61,534 nucleotides of DNA from an uncultured Planctomycetales bacterium (lineage in GTDB: Bacteria; Planctomycetota; Phycisphaerae; UBA1845; PWPN01): NCBI GenBank assembly GCA_964615635.1, contig CAZTQK010000001.1, positions 22,790-84,323 on the forward strand, read 5' to 3'. The notes beneath the pieces are model-generated. The model ran no database searches and had not been told where the DNA came from. It saw only the letters and a list, made by a program, of their open reading frames with translations. This document shows positions 9,283 to 18,265 of the stretch, piece after piece. The position numbers and the translations under genes are program-made. How positions within the stretch are numbered: position 1 is the stretch's first letter; each line of letters opens with the position of its first letter.

Positions 9283-9981
9283 ATGACACTCAACACACCC
9301 GTGCATAAAAACATTCTTCTCCAGATTCTGAAAGACATCTATTCCGATACCTCCATTTCTCCTTTCCTTGGATTCAAAGGCGGCACCGCCGCTTTCATGT
9401 TCTATGGCCTGACGAGGTTTTCGGTAGACTTGGATTTCGACATTCTCGACGAGAGCAAAGAGGATATCGTCTTTGAACGGCTCGAACGCATTCTCAAGAA
9501 ATACGGAACCATCAAGCAGGCGAGCCGGAAGCGATTCAGCCTCTTCTTTCTTCTGTCGTATGAAGAGCACGCCCACAATATCAAAGTGGAAGTGAACCGC
9601 CGGTCGTTCGGATCGCGCTTTGAGCTCAAAACTTATCTTGGCGTCTCGATGCTCGTCATGGTTCGCGAGGACATGTTCGCACACAAGCTTATGGCCATGT
9701 TCGAGCGTGTCGGAAAAACTAGTCGGGACGTCTACGACGTGTGGTACTTCCTGCAGCATAACTGGCCGATCAACCGCGACATTGTCGAGCAGCGTGCCAA
9801 GATGCCGTTTAAGGACCTTCTCGCTAAATGCGTCACGGCTCTTGAAAACATGAACAATAAGAAGATCCTCGAAGGGATCGGTGAACTGCTTGACGCAGAC
9901 CAGAAAAAGTGGGCCCGCGAAAAGCTCAAAACCGACACAATCTTTCTATTAAAATTGAGAATCGAGAGCGAGGCAAAATGA
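9283..9981 (+). CDS. AbiEii/AbiGii-family nucleotidyltransferase toxin (DUF1814)
   Basis: FKGGTAAFMFYGLTRFSVDLDFD is a typical NTase Gly-rich/DxD region. Size and pairing with AbiEi also fit. Confidence 0.8.
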   Translation: MTLNTPVHKNILLQILKDIYSDTSISPFLGFKGGTAAFMFYGLTRFSVDLDFDILDESKEDIVFERLERILKKYGTIKQASRKRFSLFFLLSYEEHAHNIKVEVNRRSFGSRFELKTYLGVSMLVMVREDMFAHKLMAMFERVGKTSRDVYDVWYFLQHNWPINRDIVEQRAKMPFKDLLAKCVTALENMNNKKILEGIGELLDADQKKWAREKLKTDTIFLLKLRIESEAK

Positions 9982-10165
9982 TGAAGTCAGCGAGTCAATT
10001 CTATGTGGCATTCATCGGAACCACGTCTCACTTTGAAATGTCCGGTGGTTGCTTTGCTTATGACTCAAATCTGCGGTATCCTGTGGGAACGGCAGTGCTG
10101 AATGAGTCGGCGGGGCATTCTTCCATAACCATACGCCTTGCTATCAACATTAGGAACAACAACTG

Positions 10166-12670
10166 ATGAAAGAAGCCCGATCTCGCATAAAAATCAACAG
10201 ACTACTGGAACAGGCCGGATGGCGCTTTTTCGACGATAAGAATGGACCGGCCAATATCCAGCTCGAACCGAACGTCAAGCTGACCGAGAAAGATATCGAC
10301 GCGTTCGGCCACGATTTCGAAAAGACAAAACATGGGTTTATCGACTTCTTGCTGATGGACGGACGCGGCTTTCCGCTTGTCGTACTGGAAGCCAAGAAAG
10401 AGGAGAAAGACCCTCTTGATGGCAAGGAGCAGGCTCGTCGGTATGCAAAATCCCAAAACGTGCGATTCGTCATTTTGTCGAACGGCAATCTACACTACTT
10501 CTGGGATTTGGAGCGCGGCAATCCAGAAATTATCACCGAGTTCCCGAGACAGGAATCCATAGTACACCGCAAGGCATTCACCCCCGACAATAGACGCCTG
10601 GCCGACGAAAAAGTCGATGAAGACTATATCGCCCTGACGCAAAACCCCAAGTTCAAGGATGATCCCAGGTATAAATCAGAAGAAACCCGCGCGAAGTATC
10701 TTTTTGATGAAGGCCTACGAGTACTCAGGCCCTATCAGTTGAGGGCCATTCATGCCCTGCAAAGATCTGCCGAGCAGGGGAATGACCGATTTCTATTTGA
10801 AATGGCGACCGGCACGGGCAAGACGTTAATCTCCGCCGCCATTATTAAGCTTTTTCTGAGGACAGGAAACGCCAAACGCATTTTGTTCCTGGTGGATCGC
10901 TTGGAGCTTGAAGATCAGGCACACAAGAACTTCGTCAGGTATTTGAAAAACGACTTCACTTCGGTAATATACAAACAAAACCGAGATAACTGGAAGAGCG
11001 CCGAGATAGTCATTACTACGGTTCAGAGTCTGTCATCACAAGACAAGTACAAGAAATTGTTCTCTCCAACAGACTTTGATTTAATCATTTCTGACGAAGC
11101 CCACCGGTCAATAGGAGGCAATTCACGAGCGGTATTTGAATATTTCGTAGGCTACAAACTCGGCCTGACTGCTACTCCGAAAAACTACCTAAAGAATATT
11201 GATCCTAACAAGCTGTCGAGTAATGATCCGAGGGCGTGGGAACGGCGTCAGCTTCTCGATACCTACAAGACCTTCGGTTGCGAAAGTGGAGAACCGACGT
11301 ATCGCTACAGTCTGCTGGACGGAGTTCGTGAAGGTCATCTCATCAACCCGATAGTCGCCGATGCTCGAACCGACATTACTGCTGAATTACTCTCCGAAAA
11401 GGGCTACGCCGTTATGGTGGAAAACGAAGACGGTGTCGAAACCGAGGAGTCGATGTTCGGGCGCGACTTCGAACGGAAGTTCTTCTCTGAGAAAACAAAT
11501 CAGGTTTTTTGCAGGACCTTCTTGGAGAATGCTCTGAAAGACCCTATCAGTGGAGAGATCGGCAAGAGCATCGTTTTCTGCGTCAGTCAGAAACACGCCT
11601 CGAAAATCACGCAGACACTGAACGTCATGGCCCACCAGCTATGGCCGGACAAGTACAATTCTGATTTCGCGGTTCAGGTGACGTCGAACATTCCCGGCTC
11701 GCAACAATTCACAATCAACTACGCCAACAATGTGTTGAATGGGCAGACCAGATTCATCGAAGGCTACAAGTCGAGCAAGACCAGGGTGTGCGTTACGGTC
11801 GGCATGATGACGACCGGATACGACTGTCAGGATATACTTAATCTTGGGCTCATGCGGCCAATCTTTTCGCCGACAGAGTTCATTCAGATTAAGGGCAGGG
11901 GCACCCGTAAGTTCGATTTCGAATATACGGACGAGTATGGCGAGCTTCACACCAAGAGGAAAGAGCACTTCAAGCTCTTCGATTTTTTCGCCAACTGCGA
12001 GTATTTCGAAGAGGAATACGACTACGATGAGGTATTGACCTTGCCTCCGCTTGGTCCTGGAGGTGATGGGGGTGGTGGCGGTGTCCATATCGATGAGATC
12101 GAGGTATTCGACCCTGATAAGGTCAAGACCTTAACGGAGACTCCGGTCGGATTCGAAGGAATGAAAGTCGACCGAAAGCTATTCGAGAAGGCCAAAGAAG
12201 AAATCCAAAGCGACTGCGAGATTAAGGACGCAATCGACAACGAACAATGGGATAAAGCCGTCCAGATAATACGGGAACGATACGAGGACAAGCCAGAGCT
12301 TTTTTTGAACTTAGAAAAGATCCGCAAGTCGGAGAACCTTGACCGTCGTCTGACTTGGCGGGAATTTCTGGAACGCATTTTCGGCCTGATCGACGTGTTC
12401 AAGTCTAAAGATGACAAGCTGGAAGAAGAGGTCGAGAAGTTCATTTCCGTATGCAAGCCCGAAAGCAGGTATGTCCCTTACATTAGAAACTATCTGAAGG
12501 CCTATGTCAGCGACGAGCGCTTCAGGGCCATTATCAATAGCAAGGAATTTCAGGAACTAAACTTCTACCCCGGCTTCTCATTAGCTGAATTCAAGGCCCT
12601 GAATGGATGGAAGGACAAAGTCCCGGAGTACGTAAAGGACTACGTGCCGGTTAACCAATATATGAGCTGA
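10166..12670 (+). CDS. hsdR: Type I restriction enzyme R subunit (N-terminal PD-(D/E)xK nuclease, SF2 helicase, EcoEI-R-like C-terminal domain)
   Basis: FIDFLL...VVLEAKKEE nuclease motif. Walker A EMATGTGKT, DEAH (ISDEAHRS), motif VI QIKGRGTR. An hsdM/S gene follows 4 nt downstream. Confidence 0.9.
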   Translation: MKEARSRIKINRLLEQAGWRFFDDKNGPANIQLEPNVKLTEKDIDAFGHDFEKTKHGFIDFLLMDGRGFPLVVLEAKKEEKDPLDGKEQARRYAKSQNVRFVILSNGNLHYFWDLERGNPEIITEFPRQESIVHRKAFTPDNRRLADEKVDEDYIALTQNPKFKDDPRYKSEETRAKYLFDEGLRVLRPYQLRAIHALQRSAEQGNDRFLFEMATGTGKTLISAAIIKLFLRTGNAKRILFLVDRLELEDQAHKNFVRYLKNDFTSVIYKQNRDNWKSAEIVITTVQSLSSQDKYKKLFSPTDFDLIISDEAHRSIGGNSRAVFEYFVGYKLGLTATPKNYLKNIDPNKLSSNDPRAWERRQLLDTYKTFGCESGEPTYRYSLLDGVREGHLINPIVADARTDITAELLSEKGYAVMVENEDGVETEESMFGRDFERKFFSEKTNQVFCRTFLENALKDPISGEIGKSIVFCVSQKHASKITQTLNVMAHQLWPDKYNSDFAVQVTSNIPGSQQFTINYANNVLNGQTRFIEGYKSSKTRVCVTVGMMTTGYDCQDILNLGLMRPIFSPTEFIQIKGRGTRKFDFEYTDEYGELHTKRKEHFKLFDFFANCEYFEEEYDYDEVLTLPPLGPGGDGGGGGVHIDEIEVFDPDKVKTLTETPVGFEGMKVDRKLFEKAKEEIQSDCEIKDAIDNEQWDKAVQIIRERYEDKPELFLNLEKIRKSENLDRRLTWREFLERIFGLIDVFKSKDDKLEEEVEKFISVCKPESRYVPYIRNYLKAYVSDERFRAIINSKEFQELNFYPGFSLAEFKALNGWKDKVPEYVKDYVPVNQYMS

Positions 12671-12674
12671 TTTT

Positions 12675-15248
12675 ATGTTAGATCAGGACACTAAACGACG
12701 CATAGACACAGCCCGGCAGATACTTGTCGGGAAGGTGCCCGACCCGAAAGCGCAGGTGGAGCAGATCACCACGGCGCTCATCTACAAATTCATGGATGAC
12801 ATGGATCGGGAGAACGAGGGCCTCGGCGGCAAAGCCAAATTTCTGACTGGCAAACTCAAGCAGTATTCCTGGGCTCGACTACTCAGTAAAGAACTCTCCG
12901 GGCAGGAGCGAATGCTCCTGTACATAGACGCGCTGAGTGAGTTTTCCAAGGCCGAGCAGATACCGGAGTTATTCAGAACGATATTCAAGGGAACGTTTCT
13001 CCCGTACAGGGACGCCGAGACTCTGAATCTGTTTCTCAAAGAGATCAACGGCTTCTCGTACGACCACAGCGAGGAGCTGGGTAATTCGTTCGAATATCTA
13101 CTTTCGATTTTGGGGGCGCAGGGCAAGGCGGGTCAATTCCGCACACCTCGCCACATCATCGACTTTATCGTTGAAGTCGTCGATCCCAAAAAGGACGACA
13201 AGATTCTGGACCCGGCATGCGGCACGGCAGGGTTTCTGATTTCCGCTTACAAGCATATTCGGCACCAGAATTCGTCCAACTTCAAGGCGGCGGAGTACGT
13301 ACCGAGCTTCTCCAAAAAGGGGCCCAACGACGTCGCCCTGATCGAAATGCAAAGCAACGGCGATTACCGGGGAGACAAACTCACTCCCGATGCCCGCAAG
13401 AGATTGGCCAAGAACATTATCGGATACGACATATCGCCCGACATGGTGCGGCTATCGCTGGTCAACATGTATCTGCATGGCTTCAATACGCCACAGATTT
13501 TCGAATACGACACGTTGACCTACGAAGACCGGTGGGGTGACAATTTCGATGTCATGCTGGCCAATCCGCCATTCATGAGTCCGAAGGGCGGTATCAGGCC
13601 ACACAAGCGTTTTCGCATATCTGCCAATCGTTCCGAAGTGCTGTTCGTGGATTATATCGCCGAACACCTGACGCTCAAGGGTCGGGCTGGTGTGATCGTG
13701 CCCGAAGGTATTATTTTTCAATCGGCCAATGCCTACAAAGATTTGAGAAAGATGCTCATTGAAGACAATTTCCTGTGGGCGGTCGTGTCGCTTCCGGCGG
13801 GAGTATTCAAGCCGTATAGCGGGGTCAAGACTTCAATCTTGTTTTTCGATAGGGAACGTGCCAAGCAAAACGATGAGATCTTGTTCGTCAAGGTCAGCAA
13901 CGATGGTTTCGACCTGGGCGACCAACGCCGGGCCATCGACGAAAATGACCTGCCGGAAGCATACAGAGTGTTGCAGGAATGGCAGAAGGGGAACAAGGTC
14001 GATTCGAGCATTGCTCAGCCGGTTAAGAAAAAGGCTATTTTGGATTCCAGAGACTACAATTTTACCGGGGATCGCTATCGACCGACGATTGCCAATGGCA
14101 AGACGCAATGGCCAATGGTGGCGCTTGGCGATTCCCGTTACTTCACAATAGAATCAGGGGGAACACCGGACTCCAGTAATCCCGAATTCTGGGAAGGCGA
14201 CATCAATTGGGTTACTTTGGTCGATCTTCCACAGGGCAGGTTGATAACGGAGATTAGCTCGACCAGTAGGAAGCTGACTTCGCTCGGGTTGAAGAAAAGC
14301 TCTGCGAAATTGCTACCACCTGATACGGTGTTGGTCTCATCTAGGGCAACGATTGGAAGAATCGGCATCGCCCGCGTCCCAATCGCTACAAATCAGGGGT
14401 TCAAGAACATAGTCATCAAGGATCATCAATCCGTTGAAGTGGCCTATGTCGCTTACGTGGTGTCACATTTGGTTCCAGATATGATTAGACTTGGTTCAGG
14501 AGGTACTTACAAGGAAATCTCCAAGACTAATTTCTCTAGATTGGAAGTCCCTCTCCCTCCGCTTGAGGTGCAGAAGGAGATCGTTGCGGAGCTTGACGGC
14601 TACCAGCGCGTCATAGACGGCGCCCAGCAAATCGTCGAGAACTGGAAACCGACCATTAAGATTGACTCAAAGTGGGAGATGCTAAAACTGGCAGATGTGT
14701 GTGAAATCAACCCTGAATCGGGGGACCCGAAGAAGCTCTTTGGGAAGCGAGATTTTGTGTATGTTGACATTGATTCCGTTCCGAACGGCGGTGGCCAACC
14801 TTCTTTTTCTCAAATTCTCTCCACTGATAAGGCTCCCAGTAGAGCAAGGCGCATTATCAGGAATGGAGATGTGCTACTTTCGACCGTGCGTCCAAACTTA
14901 AAAGCCTTTGCTATAGCATCAGAAATACCTGATCGAGTCATAGCTTCTACCGGTTTTGCTGTTCTGCGGCCGGATGCTCGCCGACTAGTTCCGCATTTTC
15001 TTTACTATATGATATTGGACGAATCATTAGTTGGTCAGATGATTAGTCGCATGGGAAAAGGATCTTACCCTAGCATAAACCAGACTGACGTTGCCGACTT
15101 GACCCTCGCTTTACCGCAAATCGACGTTCAGAAAGAGATTGTTGCTGGTATACAGACGGAGCAACATGCTGTCGAATCAGCCAAGGAGTTGATTAGAATC
15201 TATGAACAAAGAACAAGGAACAGATTAACTGAGGTTTGGGGGGAATGA
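12675..15248 (+). CDS. Fused type I methyltransferase-specificity subunit (HsdM-HsdS fusion, two TRDs)
   Basis: HsdM_N-like N-terminus, motif I LDPACGTAGFL, motif IV NPPFMSPKG. The C-terminal half has two target-recognition regions, each ending in the conserved helix LPPLEVQKEIVAELD / LPQIDVQKEIVAGIQ. Confidence 0.9.
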   Translation: MLDQDTKRRIDTARQILVGKVPDPKAQVEQITTALIYKFMDDMDRENEGLGGKAKFLTGKLKQYSWARLLSKELSGQERMLLYIDALSEFSKAEQIPELFRTIFKGTFLPYRDAETLNLFLKEINGFSYDHSEELGNSFEYLLSILGAQGKAGQFRTPRHIIDFIVEVVDPKKDDKILDPACGTAGFLISAYKHIRHQNSSNFKAAEYVPSFSKKGPNDVALIEMQSNGDYRGDKLTPDARKRLAKNIIGYDISPDMVRLSLVNMYLHGFNTPQIFEYDTLTYEDRWGDNFDVMLANPPFMSPKGGIRPHKRFRISANRSEVLFVDYIAEHLTLKGRAGVIVPEGIIFQSANAYKDLRKMLIEDNFLWAVVSLPAGVFKPYSGVKTSILFFDRERAKQNDEILFVKVSNDGFDLGDQRRAIDENDLPEAYRVLQEWQKGNKVDSSIAQPVKKKAILDSRDYNFTGDRYRPTIANGKTQWPMVALGDSRYFTIESGGTPDSSNPEFWEGDINWVTLVDLPQGRLITEISSTSRKLTSLGLKKSSAKLLPPDTVLVSSRATIGRIGIARVPIATNQGFKNIVIKDHQSVEVAYVAYVVSHLVPDMIRLGSGGTYKEISKTNFSRLEVPLPPLEVQKEIVAELDGYQRVIDGAQQIVENWKPTIKIDSKWEMLKLADVCEINPESGDPKKLFGKRDFVYVDIDSVPNGGGQPSFSQILSTDKAPSRARRIIRNGDVLLSTVRPNLKAFAIASEIPDRVIASTGFAVLRPDARRLVPHFLYYMILDESLVGQMISRMGKGSYPSINQTDVADLTLALPQIDVQKEIVAGIQTEQHAVESAKELIRIYEQRTRNRLTEVWGE

Positions 15249-15251
15249 GAT

Positions 15252-16685
15252 ATGTACCTTAGATCAATGACTTTAAACAATTTCAAGTGCTTCGAGTCAG
15301 GCGTGGATCCGCTGAACTTTGCGATGCCTGATGGTGCTACACTTGGAAGCGGATTAAATATCTTCGTTGGAGAAAACAACACCGGCAAATCTACGATATT
15401 TGAGGCCTTGGATTTCGTAAGAAACGGCCCGCCAAGAGGCAAGTCCATTAGTGACTTGAGAAACAAGGGAGCGTCTTCCGGGAACGGTGTATCGGTAACC
15501 ATTGATTTTGGCGGGGCAGTCACGGATGTCATTGATGCGTATGCGCAGAAGAACAAGCAGGCCGCCATAAAACAGTACGTGAGTGATAACACGTTGCGGG
15601 TCGTTCGTTCATCGGATAATGAGAAAGAACTGCTACTATGGGACGCGAGCGCAGGCGAATTCAAGAATGAATCTGGTATTGATGCTCCGATTAAGAAGTT
15701 GTTCGAACTGGACTTCATTTGGGCCGATACTAATCCGAATGATGAGGCGAAATTCGGAGCTACCACTATCTGCGGGAAGTTGCTCAAGGAGATATCGAAG
15801 AGTTTTGCCGAGACCGACGAATTCAAACATTTCCAGGACGCCTACGGCCATGCTTTTAACGATCCAGATAGCGTTCTCAAAAAGCAACTATGTGAAATTG
15901 AGAGGAGAACACAGGAAATATTTGAAGCTCAATTCGGAAAGGCAAGTATATCGTTTCATTTCGATGAGCTTCAAATCGATAATTTCTTTAAGAACACCAG
16001 AATAAAGGTTGATGATGGACTCGACACATATCTGGAAGAAAAAGGTAGCGGTATGCAACGAAGCGTTGCCCTTGCCTTGATCCAGGTATATGCGGAGAGT
16101 TTGATTAAGCACCCCGATAACCTAAAAGACAAGCCGTTTTTTCTTGTTATTGATGAGCCAGAAACATGTTTACACCCGATAGCGCAACTCAAACTCTTTG
16201 AGGCGTTGGCGGAGATCAGTAAGAGAAGACAGGTATTCGTCGCAACTCACTCTCCGTATATGTTCAAGAACTGCTTGTCGTTGAGTAGTGGGCTCTTTCT
16301 CTGCATCCGGGACGGTAGCAAAATCACCGTTACGGACGTTAGGGCAGGCGGTGTGGGTCTCTTTCCGTGGAGTCCTTCTTGGGGTGAGATTAACTATAAC
16401 GCGTACAACCTACCGACGATCGAGTTTCACAATGAGTTGTACGGGTTCCTGCAGGAACAGGCCCAGCTTATCCGTTGTGATGATTTTGATCAATACCTGC
16501 AAAACTGCAAACATATTACCCAGTTAAGACCGTATTCACGCAACGGTTCGACGGGTAATGTGACATTGTGTACGTACGTTAGGCATCAGATTCATCATCC
16601 TGAAAATACAGCAAATAGTCGTTTTGCAGATACGGAACTCAAGCAGTCGATTGATCTGCTGATAAACGCCATTAGAAATCCATAA
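15252..16685 (+). CDS. ABC/AAA15-21-type ATPase with a C-terminal domain carrying an Rx4H (HEPN-like) motif; PrrC/RloC-like candidate
   Basis: Walker A GENNTGKST, Walker B FFLVIDEPETCLHP, VFVATHSP. The C-terminal ~130 aa contain YVRHQIHHPEN. The gene is nested in the type I R-M locus, 3 nt after hsdMS. Confidence 0.75.
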   Translation: MYLRSMTLNNFKCFESGVDPLNFAMPDGATLGSGLNIFVGENNTGKSTIFEALDFVRNGPPRGKSISDLRNKGASSGNGVSVTIDFGGAVTDVIDAYAQKNKQAAIKQYVSDNTLRVVRSSDNEKELLLWDASAGEFKNESGIDAPIKKLFELDFIWADTNPNDEAKFGATTICGKLLKEISKSFAETDEFKHFQDAYGHAFNDPDSVLKKQLCEIERRTQEIFEAQFGKASISFHFDELQIDNFFKNTRIKVDDGLDTYLEEKGSGMQRSVALALIQVYAESLIKHPDNLKDKPFFLVIDEPETCLHPIAQLKLFEALAEISKRRQVFVATHSPYMFKNCLSLSSGLFLCIRDGSKITVTDVRAGGVGLFPWSPSWGEINYNAYNLPTIEFHNELYGFLQEQAQLIRCDDFDQYLQNCKHITQLRPYSRNGSTGNVTLCTYVRHQIHHPENTANSRFADTELKQSIDLLINAIRNP

Positions 16686-16686
16686 T

Positions 16687-16986
16687 ATGTCAGATAACTA
16701 TGACCCAAAACGAACTCGCAATCCCTTTGGCTCGGGTGATATAAAGCCGGTGATAAGGGGCGTCATAGGCAATGAGACTGCCAGCGAATTGGCGAGTATA
16801 CTTGTGGAAGAGGTGCAAACTTGTGTCCCCATAGGCAGCACCATCAAAGAAACCGTGCGGGTACAACTCGAAATCTTTTTGAAGAGAACGTTACGAAAGT
16901 TTAGCTACCCGTCCTACCTACAACTCCCGGGCACGGAGAATATCCTGAAGCAGGCAGAATTGTTCGCAGGAGAGTTGGCGGCTTAG
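16687..16986 (+). CDS. Small ORF homologous to the extreme C-terminus of type I HsdR (DUF3387-like); probable relic of a second hsdR
   Basis: TIKETVRVQLEIFLKRTLRKFSYPSYLQLPGTENILKQAELFAGE matches the HsdR tail pattern (..vRa.l...vkr.LrkyGYPPd......vl.QAEl). It starts 1 nt after the preceding stop. Confidence 0.45.
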   Translation: MSDNYDPKRTRNPFGSGDIKPVIRGVIGNETASELASILVEEVQTCVPIGSTIKETVRVQLEIFLKRTLRKFSYPSYLQLPGTENILKQAELFAGELAA

Positions 16987-16996
16987 AGTAATAGGT

Positions 16997-18265
16997 ATGA
17001 AGAAGGTAAGAAATAGCAAGACGCTTCGCACTGACACCATCCCGGTAGACAGCTTTTGGAATCTGGGTACAGAGCGAGAACAACGTATGCACAGGATTCA
17101 TGCCTACCCTGCGAAATTTCCGGCGTTTATCACCACTAAGGCGTTGAATTACGCAAAGCGCAGAGGTCGGAAGGTGAACCTTTTGGCGGACATTTTCTGT
17201 GGTTGCGGTACGGTTGCCTATGAGGCCAAAAGAAACAGTATAGACTTCTGGGGTTGCGATATCAACCCAGTGGCGACCATGATTGCTAAAGCGAAGAGCC
17301 AAAGTTATGAAACATGGCGTCTACAGGATTACTTCGAGAAGATCGTTGACGTTTTTGAACATGCCCACTTAGTTTTGCGACCCTACGGGGACGCCATTGA
17401 TAGAATTAAGTATTGGTATGACGCAAATCATTATCGCGAACTTTCGCGACTCCTCGCTGCCATTGAGGAGACAATTCCGGCGCAGAGCAAGTACCATGTG
17501 TTCTTCTTAGTGGCGTTTTCCAATATACTGAAGCCGACTTCTCGTTGGCTGACAAAGTCTATTAAACCGCAGCTTGATCCGAACAAGCAAGCGCAGCGAG
17601 TACTTGCGGCGTTTCAGAATCAGTGTGAATTTGCCATTACTGCGAGTGCCGAGAGCGACGCGAAGGTTGGCTCACATGTGAAGATCGAAACAGCCGATTT
17701 TCTCTCTTCGAGGTTGAGTAGACCTCAGGTAGACATGATAGTGACTAGTCCTCCGTACGTCACCTCCTACGAGTATGCTGATTTGCATCAGCTATCAGCT
17801 CTTTGGCTCAATCCAACAAAGGACTACAGGACCTTTCGATATGGTTCTATCGGGACGCTTCACCACGACTCTGAATTCGAATCCGATGTTGAGGAGCTGA
17901 ACACCAGCGGCAAGACAATTGTCGAGAGTCTACAACGGGTAGATATGGCGAAGTCACGATCTGTAGCGAAATACTTTGTAGACATGCAAGCCGTGGCAAG
18001 ACAGTCTCTTGAGATGTTAGTAGACGGTGGATTAGCGCTATTTGTAATTGGCAATACCCGGTATTCGGGAGTTAAGATAGACAACGCCCATCACCTTGTT
18101 GAATCCATGCTTGAGGCAGGATTTGATGATGTGAGAATAGGAAAACGCAGAATACAGACAAAGATCCTGACGCCTTATCGAGACAAGGCGGGCCGCTTTA
18201 CATCGGACGGCCGCGGGCGTAAGGTCTACGGTGAGGAGTTCGTCGTGATTGGACAAAGATTATGA
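16997..18265 (+). CDS. DNA methyltransferase (N4-C or N6-A; SPPY catalytic motif)
   Basis: AdoMet motif DIFCGCGTVAYEA, then about 200 aa later MIVTSPPYVTSYEY. Confidence 0.85.
   Translation: MKKVRNSKTLRTDTIPVDSFWNLGTEREQRMHRIHAYPAKFPAFITTKALNYAKRRGRKVNLLADIFCGCGTVAYEAKRNSIDFWGCDINPVATMIAKAKSQSYETWRLQDYFEKIVDVFEHAHLVLRPYGDAIDRIKYWYDANHYRELSRLLAAIEETIPAQSKYHVFFLVAFSNILKPTSRWLTKSIKPQLDPNKQAQRVLAAFQNQCEFAITASAESDAKVGSHVKIETADFLSSRLSRPQVDMIVTSPPYVTSYEYADLHQLSALWLNPTKDYRTFRYGSIGTLHHDSEFESDVEELNTSGKTIVESLQRVDMAKSRSVAKYFVDMQAVARQSLEMLVDGGLALFVIGNTRYSGVKIDNAHHLVESMLEAGFDDVRIGKRRIQTKILTPYRDKAGRFTSDGRGRKVYGEEFVVIGQRL

Noticed and set aside
10150-15826. Ser-rich antisense ORFs inside the R-M genes (10150-10488, 12022-12456, 12782-13126, 15200-15826)
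   Set aside because: They are low-complexity Ser/Leu-rich products opposite strongly supported coding frames.
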